Source: Octopus vulgaris (lineage: Eukaryota). From it: a DNA stretch of 64,000 bases. Every line of letters begins with the position of its first letter. Position 1 is the first letter of the stretch. This document shows positions 11,869 through 24,093 of the stretch, piece by piece. Below the pieces are notes generated by a model. That model was not told where the DNA came from. It saw only the letters and a program-made list of their open reading frames with translations, and did no database searches. Location of the stretch: assembly GCA_951406725.2 (NCBI GenBank), contig OX597819.1:43214001-43278000 (forward strand). Reading direction: 5' to 3'. The translations under genes were made by a program, and so were the position numbers.

Positions 11869-12662
11869 CAGGTCGTCGTTGTCGTCAACTTACGACCACA
11901 ATTGTTTCCGACCGACTGGTCGCCTGTCGGCCTATACATAGCTTTGTATTATATTTTTTTACATTCTTAAGGTACATTCTCAGGTAAAAATCCCACACAG
12001 CATTCTGTATTATACTATTATACTGGCGTTAGTGAAAAATTTCGGAGTTTCAAGCAGTCGACTTATAAACAAACTAGCAGTATCGCCCGGCGTTGCTCGG
12101 GTTTGTAAGGGAAATAACTATAAAGCATTTTTAGAGAGTTATAGCCAAAAAATGGGGTGGGGGTAATGATGGTAAATTTTTTTAGTTAAAAAGGTCGAGT
12201 TGCGTCCCCTAGACAGTCTGTGGTTTGTGTTTGTGATTCTCGACCCCATGTCGAATTTATCGATTTTTTTCAGAACTGGGGGAACTTTTCAAAATTTTCG
12301 CTGCGTTAGTTTTGAATTATGACATTGGGCTATGTGTGTGTCAAGTTTCATCAGAATCGGTTGAAAGCCGTGGTCAGGGTGAGGGTACAACCTAACAGAA
12401 ACACACAGAAACACACACAGACAAACTGCCGTTTATATATAGAGAGATACGAGGTTGCCTCAATGTCACCGCGACAGGATATTCATCCAACACTTGGGAT
12501 ACACACAGTGGCAATCGATAACCAAACATAGGGGAAACGTTTAGTAGCTGACATCTAAGAAATTAAACCCATTAGGTTTCAACTTGACTATTTAGTACTG
12601 CTGCCGGGAAATGGCGCGCCAATCGTCGTAAAGTCGATCGGTCGTAAGTCGACGACGACCTG
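11869..12662. mobile_element. pogo/Tigger-like MITE with TA TSD
   Basis: TA|CAGGTCGTCGT(tgtcgt)CAACTTACGACC ... GGTCGTAAGTCGACGACGACCTG|TA terminal inverted repeats. Confidence 0.8.
12074..12447 (-). mobile_element. Non-autonomous Helitron, copy 2, both termini intact
   Basis: Minus strand A|TCTCTCTATATATA ... hairpin CCCGAGCAACGCCGGG ... CTAG|T, the canonical TC/CTAG ends in an AT target. Confidence 0.85.
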
Positions 12663-12723
12663 TAGTTGCAAAGCAAGCTTCTTTAACTAACTTACACAGC
12701 TATGTCTGCGCCTACATACACAT

Positions 12724-12959
12724 ACTCTTATACTTGTTTCAGTCAGATGACTGCGGCCATGCTGGAGCACCGCCTTTAGCCGAGCAACTCGACCCCGGGA
12801 CTTATTCTTTGTAAGCCCAGTACTTATTCTATCGGTCTCTTTTGTCGAACCGCTAAGCTACGGGGGACGTAAACACACCAGCATCGGTTGTCAAGCAATG
12901 CTAAGGGGACAAACACAGACACACAAACATACACGCACACACACACACATACACGCACG

Positions 12960-13022
<63 letters not shown>

Positions 13023-13184
13023 GACGGGCTTCTTTCAGTTTCCGTCTACCAAATCCACTCACAAGGCTTTGGTCGGCCCGAGGCTATAGTAGAAGACACT
13101 TGCCCAAGGTGCCACGCAGTGGGACTGAACCCGGAACCATGTGGTTGGTAAGCAAGCTACTTACCACACAGCCACTCCTGCGCC
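12724..13184 (-). mobile_element. SINE family A, young full-length copy
   Basis: Head ggcgcaggagTGGCTGTGTGG...GGTTCAGTCCC (A/B-box-like), internal (TA)n(TG)n, and 3' tail ggcggtgctccagcatggccgcagtc....gactgaaacaagta. Near-identical to 22373 and 52917. Confidence 0.9.
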
Positions 13185-13860
13185 ATAAGTACACCGAACG
13201 AAACTCTCAGTTCTTGAGTAACCTTTGTAACTTTCTACCAAGTGAAAATTAAAAAAAGGTGTGTGTGTGTGTGTATGTTTCTGTGTTTATGTATGTGTGT
13301 CTGTGTATCTTTGTGTAAAGACAAGAAGAAATGTATTTGTAAGTAAAGAAATAAAGAAACAAACAGTACCTTAATAAACAAAGAGAAACACTTAACATGT
13401 TCCTCGGAAAGGACAAATAAAGGGCATGACCAGAAGGGTTTTGACGAATTAAAGAATGAGCATTAATTATGAACAAGTTAGGTACAGTAGGGTTTTGAGA
13501 ATTTAAGAACGACTTATGGTTATCTCAACAGATTTCCCATAGAAATTATATGCTGGCTACAATTTGTAGATAAAACCTTAACAAGTGGTGTAATAGCACT
13601 GCTAACACAGTAGAACACAGTATTGAATTATAAAAATGTTTAATATACTTTGTAGTATATTATGGTTGCATAACGAAATACGGTGTCCCAACATGTCATT
13701 TAAGAATGACTATTAATTATGAACAGAAATTCAATTAAGAAAACCATTTTTTGACAACTGAAGGTTTTATTTATTTTATTTCTAATAATGAAAAAAATAA
13801 TTTCTTTGTTCCATAGCATCAACCTCCCCACCAAATTTAAAACATCCACACATACATAAA

Positions 13861-13922
<62 letters not shown>

Positions 13923-15162
13923 TACATATTCGTGCATGCAGCATGTATGTAATGTATGTATACATCCACACACACACACACACATATCAGTTTAGCTCAG
14001 AAGAATGATATGTTCACGCACGCACGCACACACACACACACACACACAAGAAAGGAAGAAAGAGACAGAGGGAGCTTTGACAAGTTCTGCAGGTAGATTT
14101 TAATTACTTATGATGGAATTGATGCACTGTCAAGTGCAAAAGACACACCAATCTAAGAGGACATCACAACAGCAGCAGAAGCAGAAGCAGAAGCAGCAAA
14201 CAGAAGACGAGTGAAGGAGTAAAAAAAGGAAATGCATATAAGAAACAAACAAACACAAAACAAAAAGAAAAAAAAATGGAAGAAAATAAACAAAACGGAA
14301 ACAGATAAAGATGTAACAAAAAAAAGCAAAACAAAAACAAATAGTATATAAAAGGTTAGTGAAATACCAGATAAATTAGTGTACTTTTTGAAACAAGCAA
14401 TCAAAGAGATAGCACTACTTGTAAGTTTGTATGTAGCTAGAGAAGAGGAGGAGGATGGCAGAAACAGAGAGAGAGAGAGAGAGTAAAAGGAGTGTTTGGT
14501 GCCGTTTTGTTTCTTTTGCACATATTTTCTTTTACTTTAACTCTTTTACTTAATATTATCTGTATTATTTCCACCCACCCGCCCCCGTTTGTTTTTAACC
14601 ATTCTTTCTTGTCTCTTTTTTTCTTTTCTTTTTGTTTTCTCCTCAATCCTCACCCCCACCCCCTCTCTCTCTCTCTTTCTCGTTTGGCCAAATGTAAGTT
14701 AGCAGCAAAAATGGTGAAATGGACACGGATACACACACAATAATAATAATAATAATAATAACAATAATAACAACAATAATAATAATAATAATAATAATAA
14801 TAGCAAAACAACAATACATAATAAAATAAAACAAACAAAAACGCACACACACACACACACACAATATGACAACAATGTGGAGCAGAGAAACACAGCAAGC
14901 ATTATTTCCCATCAGTTAATTGACTGCAGCAGCCATATTGATCCACCACCTCCAAGTACAGCAATGGTGATGAGGCTCAAGAGAAAGTGATAAAATGATG
15001 GCAAAGGTGGGAGATGCTGATGGTAGCAGCTGTGGTGGTAGTGGTGGTGGTGATGGCAGCGGTGGCTGTGGTGTGTTGGCGTTGGTGGCGGTTGAAGTGA
15101 ACAGAGACTTTAAGTGTGGAAAAAGATAGGAACGGAGTGGAGACGGAGCATGCGTGCAAGCC

Positions 15163-15197
<35 letters not shown>

Positions 15198-15202
15198 CAG
15201 AG

Positions 15203-15243
<41 letters not shown>

Positions 15244-15396
15244 CATGGAGATAAAGAGAAAGTAAAGGTGTGGGAAGAAGCTGTGTGTGTGAACCGATGA
15301 TGATATCAAAGGTTTATTGCTTTTGTGCTGGAAAAGTTTATGGAAACAATTCTTTAATAAAGGTTCCCCTTAACTGGAAAGAGAGAGATAGAGATA

Positions 15397-15453
<57 letters not shown>

Positions 15454-15574
15454 ATAGTCTCCAGAGAAGCAAGGACAAGTACGCAGCTCAATTAAAGCAG
15501 ACCTTATTATATCACTGGTACTTTACGAACTAATAAATAAACAAGGTAGCTTCTAACACCGTGCATCTCGCATT

Positions 15575-15605
15575 CTATAAATAGCAAGCAGCTCTCTCTC
15601 TCTCA
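15575..15605 (+). promoter_or_regulatory. Candidate core promoter: TATA box overlapping a MEF2 consensus, with pyrimidine-A initiator
   Basis: CTATAAATAG at 15575-15584, TCA with A at 15605 (29 nt from the TATA), long (GA)n tract upstream, unique sequence downstream ending in a splice donor. Confidence 0.45.
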
Positions 15606-15914
15606 AATAACATTTTAGCGACTTGAAAAGAAACACAAAAATAGAGAAAGATAGTAATAAAAAGCGCACAGTCTGCGGATAAACTCAGTTTGAACTCTAA
15701 ACAACAATGTACCGGATACTGAACTGGATACGATAAAGTGCGATGTTCTACTTGTCTCGGTTCATCTCTGTCTACCACTGTGACCACGTAAAACAATATT
15801 GATTTCTCAATTAGGAATAAGGTTTACGTTTTCATTTCTTTTGACGGAGGATAATAAGATTGTGTGACATTCATGGCACTTTTTTCTTTCTTTTTCTCAA
15901 AGACATTTGCCAAT
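15605..15914 (+). other. Candidate first, non-coding exon
   Basis: Repeat-free sequence from the predicted TSS to donor GTAAGT at 15915. Only short uORFs (ATGs at 15707, 15743, 15873). Confidence 0.4.
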
Positions 15915-16274
15915 GTAAGTAGGTTTGTTGTCATAAACAGACGTACACGTATATCACATACAGGAGTCTACGTACACACACACATACACACACACCATGT
16001 GACACATATATCTTTATGCATATGTACAGTGTATATCAAATCGGAATAAAATTATTGGTAAAACTGAAGTGGAATAATTAATATACTTATGAAACCTACA
16101 GCAATTTCTTAAAAATAAAAAAAAAATTCAGAAGTTTGTAAAAAAAAAAAAATACTAATTTCTTTGGAGTTGGCACAAGAATTTTCTGTAGTTATTGCTT
16201 ACATTAACTCTTTCCTATCTCCTAACATATTACTGGTACTTTTAATTTCTCAACTGACTCGTAAGAACTGTGTA

Positions 16275-16314
<40 letters not shown>

Positions 16315-16655
16315 GGCGCAGGAGTGGCTCTGTGGTAAGTAGATCGCTTACAACCACAGGGTTCCGGGTTCAGTCCCACTGCGTGGCACCTTGGGTGTCT
16401 TCTATTATAGCCTCGGGATGACCAAAGCCTTATGAGTGGAGTAGACGGAAACTGAAAGAAGCCTGTCGTATGTGTGTGTGTGTGTGTGTACATGTTTGTC
16501 CCGCCTAACATCGCTTGAGAACACCGTTGTCAAGTTTTTTACGTCCCCGTAACTTAGCGGTTCGGCAAAAGAATAAGTCCTGGGGTCGATTCGCTCGACT
16601 AAAGGCGATACTCCGGCATGGCCGCAGTCAAATGACTGAGGCAAGTAAAAGAAGA
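16315..16655 (+). mobile_element. SINE family A
   Basis: ggcgcaggagtggc head through catggccgcagtcaaatgactga tail, with small internal deletions. Confidence 0.9.
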
Positions 16656-16699
16656 ATATATATATACATCAAAATAAGCAACAAGGATATCCAAGGTAG

Positions 16700-16784
16700 T
16701 GTAGTACAATCGTTTCATGCTACTTCATTTCATTAAATACGGTATTTACATCAGTTTTAAAATGTCGAGCAATCTTCAGCCACA
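16700..16784 (-). ncRNA. Type I hammerhead ribozyme motif with intact core, within a (TA)n-flanked element (~16668-16833)
   Basis: Minus strand UGUGG-CUGAAGA-U-UGCU...AGCA-U-GAA-ACGAUUGU-A-CUACA: stem I UGUGG/CUACA, near-palindromic stem III, GUA triplet. Confidence 0.6.
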
Positions 16785-16827
16785 TACAGAATGTTTTAAT
16801 TAAATGGACAATGCACATTTTTATACT

Positions 16828-16859
<32 letters not shown>

Positions 16860-16944
16860 TCTACTGCAGCTTTCTATGATACACATTATCTAAGCAAATT
16901 TCATTAAAACAGACAACCAAGGATACCAGCAGGCAGCTGGTGCT

Positions 16945-17075
16945 GACATTAGGAAAGGCATCCAGCAGTAGAAACCAAGCCAAAACAGACCTTGGCCCTG
17001 CCTGTTCGTGTTAAGCCATCCAACCTATGACAGCATAGAAAACAGATGTTAAATGTTGATGGTGAAGATGAATGA
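16945..17075 (+). mobile_element. Family D (RTE-type 3' tail) fragment
   Basis: attaggaaaggcatccagcagtagaaac...ccaacctatgacagcatagaaaacagatgttaaatgttgatg. Confidence 0.7.
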
Positions 17076-17406
17076 ATGTAATGGTATGTAGTGTGGCAGA
17101 CTAGACACATTATTCTTTTCCCACTGACCATTCTGTTTGTGTATATCAATACAATTTAGATCAAATTAGGTTAGTAATCGCTGTGTAGTCCCAGACGAAA
17201 CTTATAACGGCACAAAAGCAGTTAGCCAAATGACTGACAAGGTGCAATACACATTCAAAACTTAGATTTACCATATTTCCACCAGGCTGAGTATCATGCA
17301 GCATGCTTTTCTAACATAATTGTATGTTATTTATACAGTGTTACTTAGAATATGTTGGTGCTCAGCTTTCCAATGTCCAATCTAATTTATTTCTGTTTTG
17401 TTGTAG

Positions 17407-17439
17407 ATTTAAAAGCTAGTCAAACTGGAGACAGGCATG
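17407..17439 (+). other. Candidate 33-nt internal exon
   Basis: Branch-like tctaat, T-rich tract ttatttctgttttgttgtAG, exon ending ...ggcATG, donor GTAAGA at 17440. Confidence 0.5.
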
Positions 17440-17559
17440 GTAAGACTCAACTCTTGTTTGAAACTTATTCACAAGTAGAAAATATATTTTCCACCATTCT
17501 ATCTGTAATCAGAATAAAACACTTTAATCAATTTACACTACATTTCCTTTTCGTTTTAG

Positions 17560-17733
17560 CTGTTAATATTATGAAGCTACAGCTTGATAATGCAGACAGT
17601 GGGAGCATAGCAAAATTTGCGAGTGTTGGCTTGTTTGCTTTAAGCGCATGTTATACTTAGTCTTCAGGAGACAGATAACTGTTGCAATACATTCTTCTTC
17701 AAAAATTAGAGACCTCTTGTTATGTTATGAAGG
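17560..17733 (+). other. Candidate 174-nt exon (5' UTR or start of CDS)
   Basis: Acceptor catttccttttcgttttAG (17559) and donor G|GTAAGT (17734). No frame is open across the whole exon, but MLYLVFRRQ...CYEG and a late MK are open to the donor. Confidence 0.5.
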
Positions 17734-18508
17734 GTAAGTCTAATATGACTCAATGGGGATAATGCCAAATAGCAACACAAATGCGCTGACTTTAGTATTA
17801 TTATAACTGTGTGTACTCAAACACACACAAACATTGTTATTGTTTAACAGGGTCATATCTAAGTAATTTTATTCCCAACAGCCTGTATCGATGACTTAAC
17901 ACAAACACACACACACACACACACATACATACATACACACACACACACAAATGACTGACAAGAGACCTGTGAATGGTAAACAATTAACTGATTTCATGTA
18001 AAACTTTTGTGCTATGATAATGACTCATAAGTTTTGGAATAAGGCCACAAATTCATAGGAGACATGGTACAGAGGTGATTGAATCATGACTGATGTCTAT
18101 TTCATCGACCTCAAACGCTCACCCCACATAGGATGAAAGGCCAAAAGTCCACTCCAATGGCTGACATTTGATCTCAAAACTGAAAGGAAAACACCTTAGC
18201 ACTACAAGGCAAGTCAGGCACCCACCCACCCCAACTACTAATACAATACGCTGCTGCTGCTACTACTACTACTATTGTCACACCGGGGGGGGGGGGGCTC
18301 AGAACTACAGTAAGAGTACAGATGTCTGTGGAATACTCAACCACTAACATGGCTACCTCAATCAGCCTTAGTAGTTTATAAGTGACCCAACAACAAAGTG
18401 AACACTCAAGGCTAGGACTTCTGTCCCAAATTCAATTGTGTTGTTGTTATCATTAACATCATTATCATTATTATTATTATTATCATTATTATTATTATTA
18501 TTATTCAA

Positions 18509-18887
18509 AGCCACTGCTAGAAGAATCCTCAGCACACTGGACAAAATGCCTAGCGTCATTTTTGACCATCCTTACAATCTCAGTTCAAATTCCACCAACA
18601 CTGACTTTACCTTTCATCTTTCCAAAGTTTATGAAATAAGTACCAGTTACGCACTGGGGTAGTTGTAATGGATTAGTCCCCTCCCGCCAAAATTTTCAGG
18701 CCTTGTGCCTATAGTAGAAAAGGTTGTTTGTATTATTATTATTATTATTATTATTAAGGCAGCGAGCTAGCAGAATCATTAGCAAGTCTTTACATCCTGA
18801 GTTCAAATGCTGCTGAAGTCAACTTAGTCTTTCATCCTTTCAGAGTTGATAAAATAAGTGCCAGTTGATTGCTAAGTCAGTACTGAT
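18509..18887 (+). mobile_element. Two tandem SINE B copies separated by (ATT)n
   Basis: gttcaaattcc...gactttacctttcatc...ataagtaccagttacgcactgggg; second head ggcagcgagctagcagaatc at 18758. Confidence 0.8.
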
Positions 18888-18897
18888 TTAACAGTGT

Positions 18898-19118
18898 GCA
18901 TCTCAGAATGAACAATCTCCAATGTATCCTTCCCCCTGATGTGGAAGGTTTGGCTGCTGTATCTAGCAGGTTGAGTGATCACATTGACACTCTTATTTTT
19001 ACTTTTACTCTTTTTTTTCATCAGGGCATGCATCACAGAGCAAATTATCTCCAACGAATCCTTCATCATATGAAAAGGATTTGGTTGCTATGTCTAGCAT
19101 GTTGAGCAACCACATCGG
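18898..19118. repeat. Tandem pair of family F fragments; other F copies at 25360-25550 and 38045-38267
   Basis: tttggctgctgtatctagcaggttgag / tttggttgctatgtctagcatgttgag; related to 25507-25550 and the reverse of 38050-38100. Confidence 0.6.
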
Positions 19119-20058
19119 GGGTCTTCTTCACTGGGTCTTTTCATTTTATATCGTACACCACATGACGACAAAGAAGATTTATTAAATTTAGTATTAATAT
19201 AAAAGATATCAGCAACCAAGCAATTATAAAGTTATTTATGCATCTAGTTTATTTATAATTTTCATAATTAGCATTAAAAGGTAATTAACATTACAATTGT
19301 TTTAATAATAATGAACTTATTCATCATACGAGAGACTGAATGTTGAATATATTTGAACTTAAAAACGACAAGAATGACATCACTGATCTTCAGAAAGAGC
19401 AAAGCAGAATATGATGATTGTAGCAGTGGTGGTGGTGGTGGTGGTTGTAGTCGAAGAGAAGAGGGAGGTGTGTTCCATCAGAAAAGGAAAGTGAGGAAGG
19501 AGGGAAGGAAGGAAAGAGAGAAGTAAAGGTGGAGGTGGGGGGGGGGAGAAGGAAGCTAGAAAGGAATGCAACATCAAAAGACCCCAAGTGATAACTACAT
19601 GTAGATCTAAAATATTTCCAAAGAACGTCGTTAACCGTCAGAATGTGAAGAATAATTAATGTAAATGATCTCACACACACACACTCAAACGGTTTAAAAT
19701 AATAACGATGATGATGATGATGATGATGATAATAATAACAGTAATAACAAAAACAGTAGTAGTAGTAGTACTACTAATAACAATAATAATGCTAACATTT
19801 TAAAATGATGAATTGAAAGGCAGAAATATAATGGAAATGAAAGAAGGAACAACTATTAAAAGCAATTTATATGGGAAATCCTTTTTTTTTTTTCCCCCTC
19901 TTTCGTCTTCCCTCCCACAAAGCACTATGAAGAAGGAGAGGAAAATATGGAGATGACGAAATTTCTTTTACAGGGAAATGAAATGAATGGAGAAATAATA
20001 CTACTACAAGTATTATTGAATACTAATTTAGCTTATAACTATAGTCTCTCTCTCTCTC

Positions 20059-20135
<77 letters not shown>

Positions 20136-20222
20136 TGGGTTTTGATGATCTCACTGATATTATTTCACTTATGAAGTAACTGAAATAAAACAGCAAACCC
20201 ATAGCTTTTTTTATTACTAAAA

Positions 20223-20590
20223 AGGCATGGTTGTGTGCTAAAGAAGATTACTTCACAACCACGTGGTTCCAGGATCAGTCCCACTGTGTGGCACCTTTGG
20301 CAAGTGTCTTCAACAGCCTCAGGCTGACCAATTGTGAGTGGATTTGGGAGGTGGAAACTGAAAGTCTGTCGTGTGTGTGTGTGTGTACTTTTGACTGACC
20401 CCAAAGCTGGTGTTGATGTGCTTGCGTCCCTATAACCTAGTGGTTTGACAAAAGAGACCAATGAGACAAGTACCAGACTTACCAAAATACACAAGTACAG
20501 GGGTCAATTCATCTGAATTAAAATTCAAGGTAGTGCCCCAGCATGGACGTAGTCAAATGACAGAAATAAGTAAATATATAAAAGATAAAA
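20223..20590 (+). mobile_element. SINE family A, diverged full length
   Basis: Head, internal (TG)n, and tail aaggtagtgccccagcatggacgtagtcaaatgacag. Confidence 0.8.
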
Positions 20591-21663
20591 TAAGACAATA
20601 TTGTAATTTTTTCCAAGTTAGCTGTATATCTTGAGAGCTTAGTTTTGTATCAACGAAAAAGCCTGACTTTCCACTGAATGAAATCTACCATTTTGTAGAA
20701 TTCTGAATTCACAAGGAACTAACCACTCACAGCTCGCTAATCAATGGTTTCGCTTCAAAGCATAAGAAAAATTCCTGGAGTAAATGTCAACACTTTCAGA
20801 GAGTACTTGGACATCTGACAGCATATAATAATATACCAAATGACCTTATATCAGAAGCAGGAGTCAGAAAGGGAGAGGGGGGTGGACAGCAACACGAAAC
20901 TCCTTCCTTCGTTCAAGAAATACCAAGTACAAGGCTGCAACAGACCTCATGGCAGTGACCCCCATATCACAGCATGAGATGCAAATGAAGGCAGTGACAT
21001 CAAACTTGCCCCATTCACCAACTACCAAACGCAAGGCCGCAATAGACTTCATGGCCAGTGCCCCTACTGATTGACTAGATACAATAAAAGAGTAGCTAGC
21101 TAATTATTTATTTACATATTTTCATTTTGTAATGCAATTTATGAATAAGTGCAGCGTCATGGCTACAAAGTTCCCCATGAGCTGAGCACTGGTGCACTGC
21201 ATTTTGCATCAGAGAAAGTAATGTGTCACTCGCTTTTTGGTATCTCACTCCTTCCTGCTTTATATCATTCACCAAAACACACACACACACACACACACAC
21301 AGAGTTTTAATTTGCCAAATTCCATTCATATATTATTGGTCTATAATGAGGTCTTTTATAGAATACACTCCCACGGGGGTGCCAAGAGGGTGGAGTTTAA
21401 CCAAGAACCAAATAGTTAGGAATTGAACTTTTTAACTATGCATCTTTTGTCCACAATCAGTGGCTTGCTTAACATCTTGGGCAAGGTATAAATGCAACGC
21501 AAAGCTTCAACTGTCAAAAGACAAGTAAGCAATTGACTAAATCACCCTAGCATGACATTTATTTTTCCCCATATTATTATTTTAGATTCCATTTAAATAT
21601 GACACATGCAAACATATTGCATGATTATATCTCTGTGCCCAAGCAACAAGATGAATGTTAAGA

Positions 21664-21990
21664 TCATCATTATCATCATCATCATTTAACGCCCATGTTC
21701 CATGCACGCATGGGTTGGATAGTTTGATGTATCCAAGGACTGTCAAGCTCTAACATATGCTTTGACATGGTCTCAAGGCCTGGATGCCCTTCCTAACGGC
21801 AATCACTTTACAGAATAGACTGGGGTGCTATTTTCATGCCACTCACATTATTGAGGTCACTATGTAACCCACAAGACCACAAGCCCTGAGGTATGTTGGT
21901 AGGTCATCTTTATGCTAGCAGATGAGGGGATTGCTACAAGAGAGAGATGGACAGAGCAGGTTTTTGCAGATAGGTCAGCAAGGCTGCTTT
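21664..21990 (-). mobile_element. Family D tail with extended body; homolog at 59622-59960
   Basis: (cat)n ttaacgcccatgttccatgcacgcatgggttgga...tggatgcccttcctaacg. Both copies continue into tttatgc.agnagatga and a purine-rich tract. Confidence 0.65.
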
Positions 21991-22268
21991 AAAAAAAAGG
22001 GGGGGGGGGGTGATAGAAAATGAGCAGTAGGAGCCTAAAGACATAGAAAATGGTGATATGGTGTTCAGAAGGCAAAAGCTGTGTAGAAGACAGAGAGTGA
22101 GTGGGTTCTAAGATTATATGGAATGGTGAACGAGGGAGAAGAGCGGAGTGCAGACTGCTAAAACAGGGAAGGTTGGAAGGAGGACGATAGTGCGAGAAGG
22201 GCACAAGTAGCAGGAGCAGTAAAGATATAACATTTCTCAGTCCAGATCTTAGTAGCACCTGTCTTTAG

Positions 22269-22872
22269 CCCTTTATCATTTGGATTACTCTGTCAAATGC
22301 AATGCTCACTTTATTCACCTTGCTTTTAATTAATCATGTATTATCTTACAGCTTTGAGATTTTGATGATGTGACTCTTTTACTCTTTTACTTGTTTCAGT
22401 CATTTGACTGCGGCCATGCTGGAGCACCGCCTTTAGTCGAGCAAATCAACCCCGGGACTTATTCTTTGTAAGCCCAGTACTTATTCTATCGCTCTCTTTT
22501 GCCGAACCGCTAAGTGATGGCAACAGAAACACACCAGCATCGGTTGTCAAGCGATGTTGGTGGGGACATACACACACACACATATATATATATACATATA
22601 TACGATGGGCTTCTTTCAGTTTCCGTGTACCAAATCCACTCACAAGGCTTTGGTCGGCCCGAGGCTATAGTAGAACACACTTGCCCAAGATGCCACGCAG
22701 TGGGACTGAACCCGGAACCATGTGGTTGGTAAGCAAGCTACTTACCACACAGCCACTCCTGCGCCTTTTGTTTTTAGAATGGCATTGTAGGTTAGTGAGT
22801 CTGAGAGTCCGGATCTGGCCAGTTTGAACATAAAACAGGTAAGAATATTTGTACCGGATATGTCTGGAAGGG
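22269..22872. mobile_element. piggyBac-type MITE interrupted by SINE A
   Basis: ttag|CCCTT ... AAGGG|TTAA. The two halves align to the uninterrupted copy at 55973-56197. Confidence 0.75.
22373..22765 (-). mobile_element. SINE family A, young full-length copy
   Basis: Near-identical to 12724-13184. Ends in tandem 8-mer (AAAAGAGT)2. No TSD visible. Confidence 0.9.
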
Positions 22873-24050
22873 TTAAAAGTGATTTTTCACTGTTTGCAGG
22901 TGTCCACTGCACACTTCATCAAATATATAGAACAAGAATTGTAATAACAAATATAAAAACGAATTATAAAGCACTTTGACAGAAAAAAATAAAAACAGCG
23001 AGAGAAAAACACAAAAAGTTGTTGTAAAATACAATGACAAGAATATTTTAAGGTATTCAAGAAGGAAAGCTTACAGGAGCGGCAAGTTGGAAGTTTCACA
23101 ATCAATATAATGGGAAGCTATTATACATGGTTTTTTGTATATTTTTTTTATTATTAAAATTGTTTTTTTGTTTTTTTTAGCTACATAACACTTATCAGAA
23201 ATCAAATATATTTAGACTGCCTAAAGTCTGAGAGAATTTAATAAGATAGGTAGACAGAGAGAGAGAGAGAGAGAACAGAAAATAGAGAGATGGATGGAAA
23301 AATAAATATGTAGTGAAGATACTTCTCAACAAGAATCTGAAAGACAAACCAATGAAGCTTGGAAGCAATGGGGATGGGGGAGGGGCAGGCATGTCTTCTA
23401 AGAAAATAACTGGCAACAAAAATGAAAAAGCAAAAAAAAAAGAAAGAAAAAAATCCTATATGAAAATATGAAGGAAACGGTAGAAAGTGGATGACTGTTG
23501 CTGTTGTCTCTGATGACAAATCAAGTTGTTTATGAATAATAAATAAATAAATAAAACAACTAAATAAATAGATAAATAAATAAACACACAAAAAGCTGCG
23601 TTTGATTTGCCGCCGCTTAAACATGATAAACAAACACACACACACCTCGGAAACAGAAGCTTACATACGCATCAACAAATAGAAAGTTAAAACTATCTGC
23701 TGCTACCCTCCGATTTATTAATCCTCTTGGTGCATAGAAATTACATTGTTACTGTTGATAATTTGTGGATTAGCCTGGTGAACAAGCTAATGATGGTGGT
23801 CGTGGTGGTGGTGGTGGTAAAGAAAATGGTTTAGATATGGTGGTTGGAATATAGCCTATGGCATAAAGACCGTGGTAAATTACTAAATATAAATAATTAC
23901 ACACACACGAGAAAATTAAAAATGCTTTCTACATAAAGGAAGAATTCCATGTCAGCTTCTGTCTCAAGCACACAATTACATAACACACGAGACGATTACA
24001 CATCAGAGAAGCACACACACACACACACAGATATATATGTATGTATGTAT

Positions 24051-24091
<41 letters not shown>

Positions 24092-24093
<2 letters not shown>

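Larger units (their letters stand above)
11460..12712 (-). mobile_element. Old SINE A interrupted by a pogo-like MITE
   Basis: SINE consensus runs to gggactaaaccgaaaaccacata (11868) and resumes gttgcaaagcaagc...tgcgcc (12665-12712). Confidence 0.7.

Noticed and set aside
12888-13151. Recurring peptides such as DGLLSVSVYQIHSQGFGRPEAIVEDTCPRCHAVGLNPEPCGW in several ORFs
   Set aside because: Antisense translations of SINE A copies, not a protein family.
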